Part shown: in pieces, positions 28,916 to 41,009 of the stretch | How positions within the stretch are numbered: the stretch's first letter is position 1 | Layout of the letters: each line of letters opens with the position of its first letter | Assembly: GCA_030390025.1 (NCBI GenBank) | Contig: CM059427.1 | Span: forward strand, 39,680,001 to 39,744,000 | Direction of reading: 5' to 3' | Length of the DNA: 64,000 nt | Source of the DNA: Squalus acanthias | Taxonomy: Eukaryota | Program-made: the position numbers and the translations under genes | The notes under the pieces: generated by a model | Told to the model about the DNA's origin: nothing | Seen by the model: only the letters and a program-made list of their open reading frames with translations | Database searches by the model: none

Positions 28916-29515
28916 CAGATGTAATGATTGCAATTTTAGGTAGGAACTGGTCAGAGCTGCAGGAGTATAGAACACAATGCGTAGCAAGGTTTTCCAGAGT
29001 TTCAGAAGTGCGAGACTATCAGGATAGACTGAAGTCATGGTCCACATTGCAAAGCAACACTTGTATCAGCGAGAGTTTTTTTAAAAAACAAAGCACTTCT
29101 AAGCAAAATAACATTGTAATCTTTTTTAGATTTCAGCATTAAAAAAAAAACTCTGGCAATGACAATTTGAAGTCTATTACTATTCAGTAATTAGATTGTT
29201 ACAGAGCAGTGTCTGAGAAAGGTGAAAGCCCAATACTTTTTCTATTCTGGTATTTAAAAGCACCATCAGCATTTTTCTTTCCCTCCCTCCGGTTGAGAGC
29301 ATAAACCAAGTTGACGAGTTCTTCAACTGAAACTCTTTTTTTAGGTGGACTGTTATTTCCTAGTTAGACTGTTTGCATTGAATATTTCAAGGAGGAAGGT
29401 ACCAAGGCATATATTTGTTTTTATTACTTAATTTCTACAGGGTGTGCGGAGGAAGGAAGAAGAAGAAATCAAAATGTGGCTTCAGGGTTGTTTTTTTTTT
29501 TAAAAAAACACTTAC

Positions 29516-29564
29516 CTGCTGGGAGATATGTGAAGTTGCATCTTCCTCCTCTTAAAATGTCCAT
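29516..29564 (-). CDS. Candidate upstream GRB14 exon end (MDILRGGRCNFTYLPA, phase 1); may be 5' UTR
   Basis: Perfect donor CAG|GTAAGT at 29516/29515. ATG at 29564 gives 16 codons plus 1 nt, in phase with the 2957 acceptor. No transcript evidence. Confidence 0.3.
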
Positions 29565-29724
29565 GATGTGGAGATGCCGGTGTTGGACTGGGGTGGACAA
29601 ATGTGAGAAGTCGCACAACACCAGGTTATAGTCCAACAGCTTCACCTGACGAAGGAGCAGTGCTCCGAAAGCTTGATTTCAAATAAAGCTGTTGGACTAT
29701 AACCTGGTGTTGTGCGACTTCTCA
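29558..29724. mobile_element. 167-bp fold-back element (Penelope-type pLTR derivative) with a 9-bp TSD
   Basis: Perfect 40-bp inverted repeat 29603-29642 / 29686-29725. ctcttaaaa is duplicated at 29549-29557 and 29725-29733. Confidence 0.85.
29643..29676 (+). ncRNA. Hammerhead ribozyme motif in the loop of the fold-back element (stem I possibly damaged)
   Basis: CAC-CTGACGA-A-GGAGC-AGT-GCTCC-GAAA-GC-TT-GA, with palindromic AAGCUU stem III. Confidence 0.65.
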
Positions 29725-29999
29725 CTCTTAAAACGTGGTCATAATTTTTAGAAACTGCTCCGACCTCCCAATGTTTACTGCATTATTCATTTTGATACCA
29801 TTAAACACTCATCCAGCTTGGACAGTGGGGGAGTGGAGTTCTAGAATGCTAAAACTGCTGGCAATGGAAGAACTCTTACATAGAAATAACAAAGTAGAAA
29901 AGGAAGTTTGTCCCAATTAGTCCATGTTGGTGTCTATCCCCCACACGAGCAGCCGTACTAATCCCATGTGTCCACTCCGTTGCCATATCCCCACTCTGT

Positions 30000-31640
30000 T
30001 CCCATATCCACTTGTACATAAACCACCTAACTTATTAAATGTTGCCATGGTCACTGCTTCAAAGTACTAATTCCAATTGTGCATGCCACAACCCATCAAC
30101 CCTTTGTGTAAACTAAAGTTTCACTTTCTCTGTCCTAAATATCTTGCATTTAAATCTACCTCGATGTCCTTGTTTTAGACACTAGTTTGTTTCTGTCTAC
30201 AGGGTCCTATCCCTTCATAATTTTTAAAAACACACCGTAATTATAATGAAAACAGCCCAGTATATCCCACCCACCGTGCCATGTGGCTTTCCTCATAGCA
30301 AACAGTATCCTAGAAAATCCACACTGTACCCACTATTGACTCAACATCCTTTCTATAGGTGTGAAGTTCAAAACGGCACATGGTACTGTAATTGAAGTCT
30401 AAATAAGGCTTTATATAGTTTCACCATTCATCTCAAGTTTTATATTCTAAAAAGCCAGTATTCCATTAACTTGTTTCTTTTTAAAGTGTTATTCCACTTG
30501 ATTTGCTGCTTTTAATGTAGTGATGCTGAATGCCAAATCCCTCTGCTCTTCTAGTCAGCTCCAGCCATTCCCAGCCAAAAGGTATAATAATTACTTAAAA
30601 ATTTTTAAGACCTTAAATTCCACCTGTCACTTATTTGACCATTCTATCATAATATTTCCCTTTCCGCTTCTTGTGGACCCCAGAATTATCTACTATGCCT
30701 CCTATTTCAGTATTGTCTGCAAGTACGGACACCATTCACTCTAGCCCAAAATTCACTGACGTAGTGAACAGAAACAGTCAAGAGATCCTTGTGGGACACC
30801 ACTACCTACTTTCAATCACCAAGAAACTATCCTTAACATCTACTCAGTTTCTTCTTTTCTAACTCAATTTTTAAATCCAATTTCCTACCCTCCCTAATTC
30901 CACACCCCTTAATCTTCAATAGTCTCCTGCGTGGTAACTTGTCAAAAGCTCTCTCAAAGTCCATGTACACCACATCCACTGTATTTTCCCCATCCGTCAT
31001 GTACATCACCTCCTCAAAACACTCAGGTTTGTTGAGCACAATTTCCCTCTGAAATCAGTGTTGGCTGCTTCCAATTACTTTTCTCTTGTTAGATATTTAG
31101 CAATTTTATCTTTACACTAGATGTTAAAAATCACTGGTTTGTAGTTACCCAGTTTAGTTCAGTCCCCCTTTTCTGAAAGTGATTACATTGGCCAATCTAG
31201 TCCTCAGTCACCAATCCACTCAATAGAATCCTGGAATATAATTTGAGGCTTCCACTATTTCTTCCTTCATTTCCCCCTGGATTATTGTACAAGCACTTGT
31301 CCTCAAGCTTAACTAACCTCCCTAATACTTCTATTAAACAGTACTTGCTTTGTATCTCCACCAACTCCTGCTTATCTTTTAACAATTCTCTCTTCACTGT
31401 TCTTTAATTTTGAGATTTTCTCCTCATACTCCCTCTGCTTTTCTAATCCCTCTTATTTTAATCATTTGTAGGCCCCATTTGCCCTCTTCAATGTTAGTTT
31501 GTTTATAACTTCCATTTTCTCCACAGCATTCTTAAAAAAGTAGTAAATAACAATTTTGCAATCTCCTTTCAACAAATATCCCATTGTTGATAGAGTCCCT
31601 AGCTCACTTATTAACCATCTAAAATCTGCCCTATTCAAAT
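30000..31640 (-). mobile_element. Ancient, highly degraded CR1 fragment
   Basis: VDVVYMDFERAFDKLP motif in ORF 30833..31039. Confidence 0.65.
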
Positions 31641-32239
31641 CTTATCCACAAGAAGGGAAAGAATTGCACTAAAAATTATAGACACTAGATATGAACATAG
31701 GGTTTTATATGTTTTTCACAGGTTTCTACAATGTAGACCATGTAGGCTGATAATTTGAAGCAGTTTTAGGATAGGAGTTGAACTATCAAAGTTTATTTTT
31801 ATTATTCGTTCATGGGATGTGGGCATCGCTGGCAAGGCCAAGATTTATTGCCCTCGAGAAGGTGGCAGTGAGCCAATCAAATAATTTGAAGTAAGCAACA
31901 TAAACACTACAAAGTGGAAATTTGATAGGAAAAATATTTTAATTATAATTTGATTTGAATAGCCTGCAGTGCATTTAACTAGTTTTGTGTGTAAAATCTG
32001 TTCATATACATATTTCATTAGGGGGAAAAACATTATAGCTCTAAGTTTTTCCATGTCCTTAGAAGGAGACCAAAGAGTTCTTCCATGCTATAAATTGAAT
32101 TTATGTATAAAAATTATAGAAATGTGGAAGATTTTTTTTTAAACTAAGAAAAGGTACCACCTTGTGCCCATCATTCTAAAACCCCATTTTTGTAGATTAC
32201 TAACATTGAAAATATCAATGCTGAAGTTTCACCACCTTT

Positions 32240-32576
32240 AAAGAAAGAACTTCCATTTATATCGTGCATTTCACAACCTCAAGACATCCCAAACCTTTCA
32301 CAGCCAATTAATTACTTCTGAAGTGTAGTCACTGCCGTGATGTTGGGGGAATAGGCACAAGGTCCCACCAACAGCAATGGGATAAATTGACCAATTTAAC
32401 TGTTTTAGTGGCGTTGGTAGAGGGATAAATGGATAGCTTGGTCATCAGGTGAACTCCCCTGCTCTTTGAATAGTGTTAGGAGATCTTTTATATTCACGAG
32501 AGGGCAGATAGGTTGTATTCTAAAGAGGACACCCGATAGTGCAGTGCTCCCCTGCAGTACAGTCCTAGAGTGGGAC

Positions 32577-32611
<35 letters not shown>

Positions 32612-32630
32612 ACTACTGAACCAAAGCTGG
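32240..32630 (-). mobile_element. Internally deleted copy of the same Deu-like SINE
   Basis: Shares head (LLPLSQKVMGSSPT frame) and tail with the 37079-38256 copy. Confidence 0.7.
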
Positions 32631-35234
32631 TATCTTCAGCAGCCAATGACAAAAAAACCAAGCACATGATAATCTTCTTCCACACTATCCCAACACAAAT
32701 CTTCAATGCAGTGAGCTATGGAGAATTTACCACTAGCAACAGAAACAGATATTCTACAATCACCCACAGCTGATTTTGCCCCTTCATGGGTGCAAATACT
32801 ATATTTAAAATTGAAAGGTCTAACAGACTTTGTATGATGGCAACTTATTGCTTTCGTGGACAAGCCACCAAGGTCATATTCTTTTTGCAAATTAACTCCT
32901 ACAATAGCACTACTTGTGTCTAGGATTTCAGCAAAGTGAAATAGTGGATATGCATTTTCCACACTGTGTCTGCATGAATTGTTTAAAACACCCAACAGTA
33001 TTAGACTTGATGTTTCAAACTTAAGCTGCATTTAAAAATAGCATTGCTACACACTAGGGTGAAGTAATGGTGATAACAAGTCAGTGATGCCAGTAATGGA
33101 GGAGCAATTTGAAGTTATATTATAAATAGCACAAGATTAAAGTCTATTGGCCTAACTGATGTTCTCCCCCCCCCCACCCACCCATCATAGTGTATTCATA
33201 GACATGGTATACACACTTAAATGATAATATTCAGTTAAAGACTAAATACTGAAGACCTGTCTAAAAGCACTCAATTTGTAACGAGAGGTGGCCAGTAAAC
33301 AACTAACTACTGTAGCAGGTACAATAACTGTTCCTATACAAAAGTAATCCCAGTTTGAACAAATAAAAAGTTAGAAGTGTCCAGTGTTTAAGTGTGAAAT
33401 GATTGTTACTGCTACAGAGCAACAAGCTACATTGTTATGCACCTTGTACAATTGTGTACCGAAATGAAAAACCACACAAGGTACAATATGAATCTGCCTC
33501 AAAAGAATCAGTTCAGAACTGCTAGAAGCATATTGGATAAAAAGACCATCTTTCAGTTATCTGCCAGAAATGAAGTGTCTTGCCATAAATACTGAAGTAT
33601 GCTTTTGTATTAGTTACCTGACTGTGTGATAGAAGTATAATTGCTGTGCTATTTTTTTTTATACAGTTACATTGCCTGCCAACAACCACCCCCCCCCCCC
33701 TTTAGATTTGTCAGCCAAGCACCTTACTTTGAAGTGATTTACATTACCACCATTGAAAGTGCCTATTAAAATATTACATATAACTTATTGCACCATACCA
33801 GAGAGATTAAATAAAGCACTCAATGTATTATTCACTCGTGTATGGAGTGGGGAAAAGAAGTGTTTAACATGTAATACTACTTCTTAAAAATCATAGTCCC
33901 CCATCATCTTTGCAAAAAGGTAATGAGAACCTTATCTAAATATTTAAAAAAATACTTGTGGCACTAAAGTAATTTGTAATAAAGGTCTTTAGATTTTCCA
34001 AGTTGAGCTTGATGACATAATAGGTGCCAGTCTTGTTGCATTATCAGTTTCCAAATCCTACCAGCCAGAGAAGAATCATGGAATGAAGGTGCAAGTCAAC
34101 ATCACAAATACCATTTAAGTTAATGGCCTTTATCAACATCTCCAACTTGCATTCCCATAAAAGAGGATTTCTTTCTTCAAACACCACCCACAAATAAATG
34201 AGCAAACAGCCACTTGTTCTGCACACAATTAAAAACTTCATACATAATATGATAAAGCTACAGTCTTAACATAAGCAATAGCTGCTTCTCATTATATTGC
34301 ATGCCATGCAAATAAAATTCAGGTAAATTTAAAAGAATTTAATCTTTGGAGACCCTCTAGATGAAAGGTGTCTTGTATTACACACAATCTCTAACCAAAC
34401 TTAAGATTGACTTCAATGGAAGGAAAATTGGACATGTGTATCACAGGCAGCTGATCCACTACCACCTGTTTTCCACCAAGAAATTGAATTTTACCCCCAA
34501 TGAGACAAAGTACAAACAGCTTGTGATGAGCATATATGGATCTTCTCCCACCCCATCTAACCAATACCACAAACATATTGAATATAAACAAGGTAAAATC
34601 TACAGTTTGAACAAAGTGAATATAAATTGAAGGGAGAGGAGAGAAGTTATATTTGGTTGACATCCATGCACTACTAATCATGTGAAGTTCCTTTGTGCAT
34701 TCTAAAAAAGTTTTTTGAAATAGTTAAACGATTTTTATTCTATGACCTCTCCAAAACACAAATCTTCTAGTTTCCTGATTGGGAAATAATAATTGAGGAC
34801 AAACTACTAAAAGCCAAGCTTTCAATCTGCAAGAGATGGTGGAGGACAATGTGTCAGTTATTCTGCTCCACATTGTGACATAAATATGGAAGCTGTCAGC
34901 CAAAACAGCTAAGCATTGTTGAAAGTTAAAAGCACATTATTGCATCCTGTGGGAGCTTTTTTGGGGAAAATTCAGTTCTTGAAACAGTTCTTAATGCTTT
35001 GAATAATGCTGCCAGAACACCAGACTGAAAATCAAAAAAAAAATTTCAAATCTAATTAAAAAGGCTTTAACAAAAACAAAAGGAGATACAGTGACAAAGA
35101 CACTGACAGCATCACAACCCAAAACATCTCCCAAGATAGTTCAACTTCAAAAGCGAGCCCCTTTAAAATGGCACCTGCAGCCGCTCAGGGAGCTGTGTGG
35201 CGGTGACAGGCTCCCAGAATTGCACTACTCTTAC

Positions 35235-36200
35235 CTGGAAGGGTGAAAGTAGTAAAACAAAAATTAGGGCGGGAGGAAAGCAAAACACAGATTCTTCCTC
35301 CCTCGTTAAACCAAGCCTAAATGCTTCAAGATTCAAAAGGAGCAAAACAAACGTCAGCAATAAGAGTTATCTTCACTTAACGTTAACGAGCTAAAAGTGC
35401 AAATGTTATCAGTCGTGCACTTGACTCGGATACCAAGTATTAGTAAATGCACAACAACTGGCTTTTAAAATGCAAGATTACTCCAGAAAGCTAACAAATA
35501 AAGTTTGCTTCGTTTTAAAGCGTCGCACTTCAACCCGGTTACTATTTTTATTTCAGACGGTCACGACCAGTTCAAGGCGTACCATATGATTTTTTTTTAA
35601 ACTAGTGTCAACCAATAATATTAAAGCTAAATCTGTGAGTAAACACCCTACACAATGCAACGCCACAGATTAAAAACCAGCAGTAACTAAGCCTCTGAAT
35701 TCCGGTCAGCGCACTGGGTGAAGCACTTGAACTTGGGGCTTTTGCTACAGTACAAAGCACCGACACCACTTTCTCTCAGCTCGCTTGAAAGCAAATGGCC
35801 GTAGAACTGCTGACCTTAGAGCGCCTGGAGGTACAACCGAGCCGCTCGCGCTGTCCCGGGGACCTCGCCAGCTCAATGAATGAACGCCAAGCCCAGCTGT
35901 GGCTCGTGAATTTTAACAAGTGTCGCGATACGTAAGCAAAGATCTGACGCAACCCGTCCACTCCCTCACCTGCACCGCATGTGCCTGGAACCTGCATCTT
36001 ACCCGGAGTTTCTGCAGTATATCACTTCTACCAAGATGCACAATCCTTCCGTCGCTGTTTATAATCATCAGCGACAAAAAGATTTCGTATCAAGTTCCTA
36101 TGCAGATTTATCACTCGGTTGGCTAAATCAGTTGACCTATTTATAGAATTATAATAGGTAAGGGTGGGCGAATCCTCACCAGCTCTACCTTTATATCCCT
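35235..36200 (-). promoter_or_regulatory. CpG-rich candidate promoter / non-coding first exon(s) of the downstream minus-strand gene (GRB14)
   Basis: CpG enrichment in non-repeat DNA at about 35400-36080. CTATAAATAG (TATA/MEF2-like) at 36146-36137. GC/KLF box gggtgggcg at about 36162-36170. Minus-strand donors CGG|GTAAGA (36003/36002) and CAG|GTAAGA (35235/35234). Confidence 0.5.
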
Positions 36201-36243
36201 CTGGTTTAATGATTTATCAGTTTCAAATCCTATATGAGTCAAA

Positions 36244-36387
36244 ATATGTTCCTTTTACCTGTTTTGGCATGGTATTTTGCAATTCTATCCATAAATAAAT
36301 AAGTGGTCTCATTATATATGTTCCTTTTACTTGTTTTGGCATGGTATTTTGCAATTCTATCCATAAATAAATAAGTGGTCTCATTAT
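36244..36387. repeat. Tandem duplication, 2 x 72 bp
   Basis: The unit atatgttccttttac...ggtctcattat occurs at 36244 and 36316 with one mismatch. Confidence 0.95.
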
Positions 36388-37078
36388 ATATATTTAACCA
36401 GGGCACACAGGAAGATAGTAAGCAAAGCATAGTAGATTGGAAGTAGGCATGTCAGATTTTGCAGTGGGGACAGGGGCAGGTATGGGTTTTAGCAACTGTT
36501 ACAGGTGTTGCTGGACTTTAGCAGCATTGGCATATGGAATGAGGAGCATTGGCTTACTGGACGATTCCTGGTGTCTGGAGAAGTGGGCTGGGTCTTAAGT
36601 TTTGGCAGCGGTGTGGGCAGTGGCTCCCAGACTTTGGGAACACCGGTGGGAAATACCGGGATCTGTCAACATCAGTGGCAGTACTGGGAGAGGGAATTCT
36701 TGGGAACTGGTAAAATTGTGAGGAAGCTGTCTTGGTCTGGCAGCACCGAGGAAAAGCATTTCATTATTTGGGAGCACTGAAGGAGACATCGGTTTCTATC
36801 AGTACAGGGAGAAGAGGGTCTCAGAGTGTGGCAACACTGGCTAGTTGCAACGGGGAGAGAAGTGATGGGAGTCTAGTAACATTAGAGAGGAGCATTTTTA
36901 CGTCTGGGAGAGGGCACCCAGTGGTCTGAGAGCACTAAGATGAGGACCCCTAGGGTCTGGGAGCTACAAGTTGGGGGCAGGAATCCAGGGCCTGAACTAA
37001 TCCCAGCCTTTACTGGCTCCTGGCATGAAGCTAATTTTAAGTGCAAACTCTGCTGTTATGCTATTTGTGGAGTTTATG

Positions 37079-38256
37079 AAGAAAGACTTGTATTTATATA
37101 GCACCTTTCACGACCTTAGGAGGTCCCAAACACTTTACAGCCAATTAAGTACATTAAGGTGTCATCATTGTTGTAATGTAGGAAATGAGGCGGCCAATTT
37201 GCACACACCAAGATCGCGTGAACAGCCTGAACCAGATAATGGCCTAGAGTTTCCGCTAGTCGCCTGAAATCGGCCAAACTAGCGTAAAAGTTTGCAGAAT
37301 TTTAAACGCAAGTTATCTCAGGCGTAAATCGAGTTTCCCTGATCTTTAATACTTGTTTAAAAAACATGGTGCTGGAAGCCAGCCCCGCCCACAAAACTGG
37401 CCACTCCCCAGATCGAAATAATGAGGATCGCGTGTTTCCACCGATTGCGCCTGTTTGCGAACGTTTGAGGAGGCTCTTCAAATTAAGTTAGTTTTTTAGG
37501 CACACAGGCACTAGTAGGCACGCTTTAAAAGTTTTTAAATATTAAAAAATCTTTAATTTACTAAGAAACTGACTAGTGTACACCAATGAAACTAGCAGAT
37601 GGTTCAGTGTAGCTTTTTAAAGTCATTTTCAGTGATTTAAAATCAGATTATTTGCAGGTAGTGGACTAGACACTCTTATTAAAAATGTTTATTTTTTGTG
37701 ATAAACCCATTTTCAGCTGTATTAATAAAACTATACCAGGTTACCACACTTAAATACATCAATGAATATTTTTTAATGCAAGGGAAAAAAATGAACAATT
37801 ACATTCTATTACTCTGCCTGATTGTGCTGGTTCATGGAAGCGTTCACATTTCTGATTATGCTAATGAGTTTGGGCGGAAACTTGAGCCATAACTTCACTT
37901 CAGAAAAACAGCTCAATTTCTGCCCAGATTGCCGATTGCACCCTAAGCGCAAACTCTACCCCAATCTGTTTTAGTGATATTTGTTGAGGAATAAATATTG
38001 ACCAGGACGTCAGGTATAACTTCCTGCTCTTCTTCGAAATAGTGCCATGTAATCTTTTATGCCCACTTGAGAGAGTAGATGGGGTCTTGGTTTTAACGTC
38101 TCACCTGAAAGACGGCACCTCTGACAGTGCAGCACTCCCTCAGTACCGTACTGGAGTATCAGGCTAGATTTTTGTGTTCTATTCTCTGGAGTGGGACTTG
38201 AACCCATTACCTTCTGACTCAGAGGCAAGAGTGCTATCACTGAACCACGCCTGACA
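37079..38256 (-). mobile_element. tRNA-derived SINE with a Deu-like central domain (SacSINE1/AmnSINE1-like), split by a MITE
   Basis: Head gtggttcagtgatagcac...gggttcaagtccc (A/B boxes), central gagggagtgctgcactgtcagaggtgccgtc and an L2-type tail. Confidence 0.75.
37241..37962. mobile_element. MITE (722 bp) with an AAT TSD
   Basis: Ends ggcctagagtttccgcta / taagcgcaaactctacccc. AAT at 37238-37240 and 37963-37965. The SINE rejoins across it. Confidence 0.82.
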
Positions 38257-39206
38257 CTTACACCACCTGATGCCTAGGAATAGGTTGGGTCACATTAAGT
38301 CTGTAACTCATATACACTCTTTCCTTTCTCTGTCTCTCTCTCCCTTTCTCTGTCTCTCGCACACACACAAAAACACGCTAGTCTATCAAGACAAGAGTAA
38401 AGCTCACCTCAGATAAAAGTCCCACACTTCATGGTTTACATTCTTTTTGCATTCAAAATTAAATTAGCTGACAATTTTCTGTTTTTCTTAATGTGAGTGT
38501 TTAATTGACTGAAACAGAAAAATATCTTTATTATACATGATGGCCAGTCTCCGAAGATGTGGTGAGACTTGAGAGTCCACAGCCCTTATTTGTGACAACA
38601 TCAGGGATGTTTTTTCTTCATTGCAGACTCCAATGGACTGTTTGGCAGTTCATTGGAAATTTTGGCAGCCCCACCTAAGAAGCGGCCAAGGACTATTATG
38701 TGCCTCCTCCTCCATGGAAGCACAGACGCAGCTCTAATGGCCGTAGGGGACAGAATAGACAGCAATCTGTATACCAGCTTTCCAATTCTGGGAGCCAGGA
38801 TACAGGCTACTTTTAGACTAGGCATCTCATTAGTTAGTGGGACACAGATCCAGGGCCCAGTAGAACATCAATGGCTGATACGGACCTGTCTGAGGCTGCC
38901 CTTTTTAGGACAGCAATTATCCAGCCTTCTCCTTCAGAGCACCATACCAGTAGCTCGTAAGAGCTACCGCCAAGGAGCAAGCTACCATGATGGGGGTGGG
39001 GGGCACCTCAATCCCATGAGCCTTTTATAGCACAGGAGCAGCCAACCACAATCCCAGACCTCAGGTGGAACCTAGTGGAAGCACGAGAATGAGAGAAAGA
39101 AAGCAGGTTTAGACAGCCAAGGAAAGGACAGTATCAGGAAAGAATAAAAATAGAAAACGCTGGAAAAACTCAGCAGGCCAGGCAGCATCCGTGGAGAGAG
39201 AAAGAG

Positions 39207-39243
39207 AGTCAACGTTTCAGGTCGATGACCTTTCGTCAGAACT
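39207..39243 (-). ncRNA. Minimal hammerhead ribozyme (inverted pLTR copy)
   Basis: Exact reverse complement of 39743-39779. Confidence 0.8.
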
Positions 39244-39742
39244 GTGAAGAGCCGGAAATCAAATAGATTTAAGGCCAGAGTAAAGCTGGGAAAAGGGGGA
39301 GGGGATAAAAGAACAAAGGGGGAGATGAAGAGACACCGTCCTCGGCCTATTACATTGTTCCACGGAAGCGCAGCGTAAGCTCGAGGAACAGCACCTCATC
39401 TTTCGTTTAGGCACGCTACAGCCCTCTGGACTCAATATCGAGTTCAACAATTTTAGATCATAACCTCAGCTCCAATCACATTTATATTTTATTTTTTCCA
39501 CCCTTTTATTTGCCCCCCCCGCCACCTTTTTTTTCCTCCTAGAAGCTGGCAGCTGTCCTTCATTCTGCCAGTGGCTTTCACACTTCTTTCAGCCTTAATC
39601 TGTCACATTAACACCACCTCTAGCCTTGCATATCTCTTAATGTCTCTTAATGTCTCTTCATCTCCCCCTTTGTTCTTTTATCCCCTCCCCCTTTTCCCAG
39701 CTTTACTCTGGCCTTAAATCTATTTGATTTCCGGCTCTTCAC

Positions 39743-39779
39743 AGTTCTGACGAAAGGTCATCGACCTGAAACGTTGACT
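39743..39779 (+). ncRNA. Minimal hammerhead ribozyme
   Basis: AGTT-CTGACGA-A-AGGTC-ATC-GACCT-GAAA-CG-TT-GACT, with a G-U wobble in stem I. Confidence 0.82.
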
Positions 39780-40024
39780 CTCTTTCTCTCTCCACGGATG
39801 CTGCCTGGCCTGCTGAGTTTTTCCAGCGTTTTCTGTTGTTATTTCAGATTTCCAGCATCCGCAGTATTTTGCTATCGTATCAGGAAAGAATAAATTGGCT
39901 TATATTTACTTTGGAGTTTCTTTATATTAAAATGGAATTTGTGCATCAGCCATGGCTCCGCTGGTGGTACTCTTGCTTGAGTTAGAAGGTTGAGGGTTCA
40001 AGTCCCACTCCAGAGACTTGAAAA

Positions 40025-40300
40025 ACAACAACTTGTATTTATATAGTGCCTTTAACGTAGTAAAACATCCCAAGGCACTTCAGAGGGATGCTCAAGAGGC
40101 CAGAATTAGAGGAGCGCAGATATCTCGGGAGAATGTGGGGCTGGAGGAGATTACAGAGATAGGGAGAGGCGAGGTCATGGAGGGCTTTGAAAACAAGGAT
40201 GAGAGTTTTAAAATCGAGGCGTTGTTTAACCGGGAGCCAATGTAGGTCAGCGAGCACAGGGGTGGTGGATGAACGGGACTTGATGTGAGTTAGGACAGCT
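40025..40300 (-). mobile_element. L2 3' fragment
   Basis: LADLHWLPVKQRLDFK motif and the same 3' end as the 27.7-28.9 kb element. Confidence 0.8.
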
Positions 40301-40361
40301 GAGTTTTACAACCTACGTAAATGTGAGACCACCCAATGAGGGGCAAAGGAATCTGATGTTT

Positions 40362-41005
40362 TGGCCCTGATTTTGCTGTAATAATGGCGAGTTAAACGCT
40401 GAAATCCAGAAGTTGCTGTCAGAGAAACCCTGCTCCTCCACAGGGTGCACTGTTGCAGTCCTCGCTGATAGACTCAGTACTGAAATCACTGTAATAATGT
40501 GAACTTAGGGTACTTACCCATTAGTTCTGCACTAAAAATGTCTGAAAAAGTTAGGGCTGGTGCATTTAGGAGTGAGTTTTAACAGTGTAATAAGTGATCA
40601 TTACTGCTGAACAACCTCTCTGGCCCTGAAAAAAATAATTTTACAAGTGTGAAGTCTCATTTCCTCAGAAGAAAATTAATGTTGCAGATTTTTAATTTTT
40701 TTTTTACTTGTTCATTTGTCTCTTTTATCTTTCTCCCTTAATCCTATCTGTATTTTTCAATCTTTATTTTTCTTCCTGTACATGATTTAAATGTAATTTA
40801 TATTTCCTGTTTTTTACTTCCTGGTTTGCAGTCTGAATGTCTCAGTGAGAATACTTCAATCTGATTGGTTGAAGAGCCTTGCTGTTGCTTTCCCTGTTCA
40901 AAGACACCACATATCCCCTGTAGAGGGCGTCACACTGAAACAGATGTCAATTAATGGAAAGCCCTGCTGACAAGCCCGCAAAAAGTCTCTGGGCAACGAC
41001 AGTTT
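40362..41005. mobile_element. Degenerate MITE-like element of the same GG-terminated class
   Basis: Starts ggccctgattttgc and shares internal organisation with the 37241 and 54400 elements. The right end is not clear. Confidence 0.45.
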
Positions 41006-41009
41006 TCAT

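Larger units (their letters stand above)
39149..39876 (+). mobile_element. Truncated Penelope insertion with an inverted pLTR copy and an 18-bp TSD
   Basis: 39152-39335 is the reverse complement of 39651-39834 (184 bp). 39336-39876 matches the 3' end of the 23.7-26.5 kb element. gtatcaggaaagaataaa is duplicated at 39131-39148 and 39877-39894. Confidence 0.93.

Noticed and set aside
38190-38256. tRNA gene (also at about 32570-32630 and 39945-40015)
   Set aside because: A/B-box heads of tRNA-derived SINEs that continue into SINE body sequence, with no clean cloverleaf.
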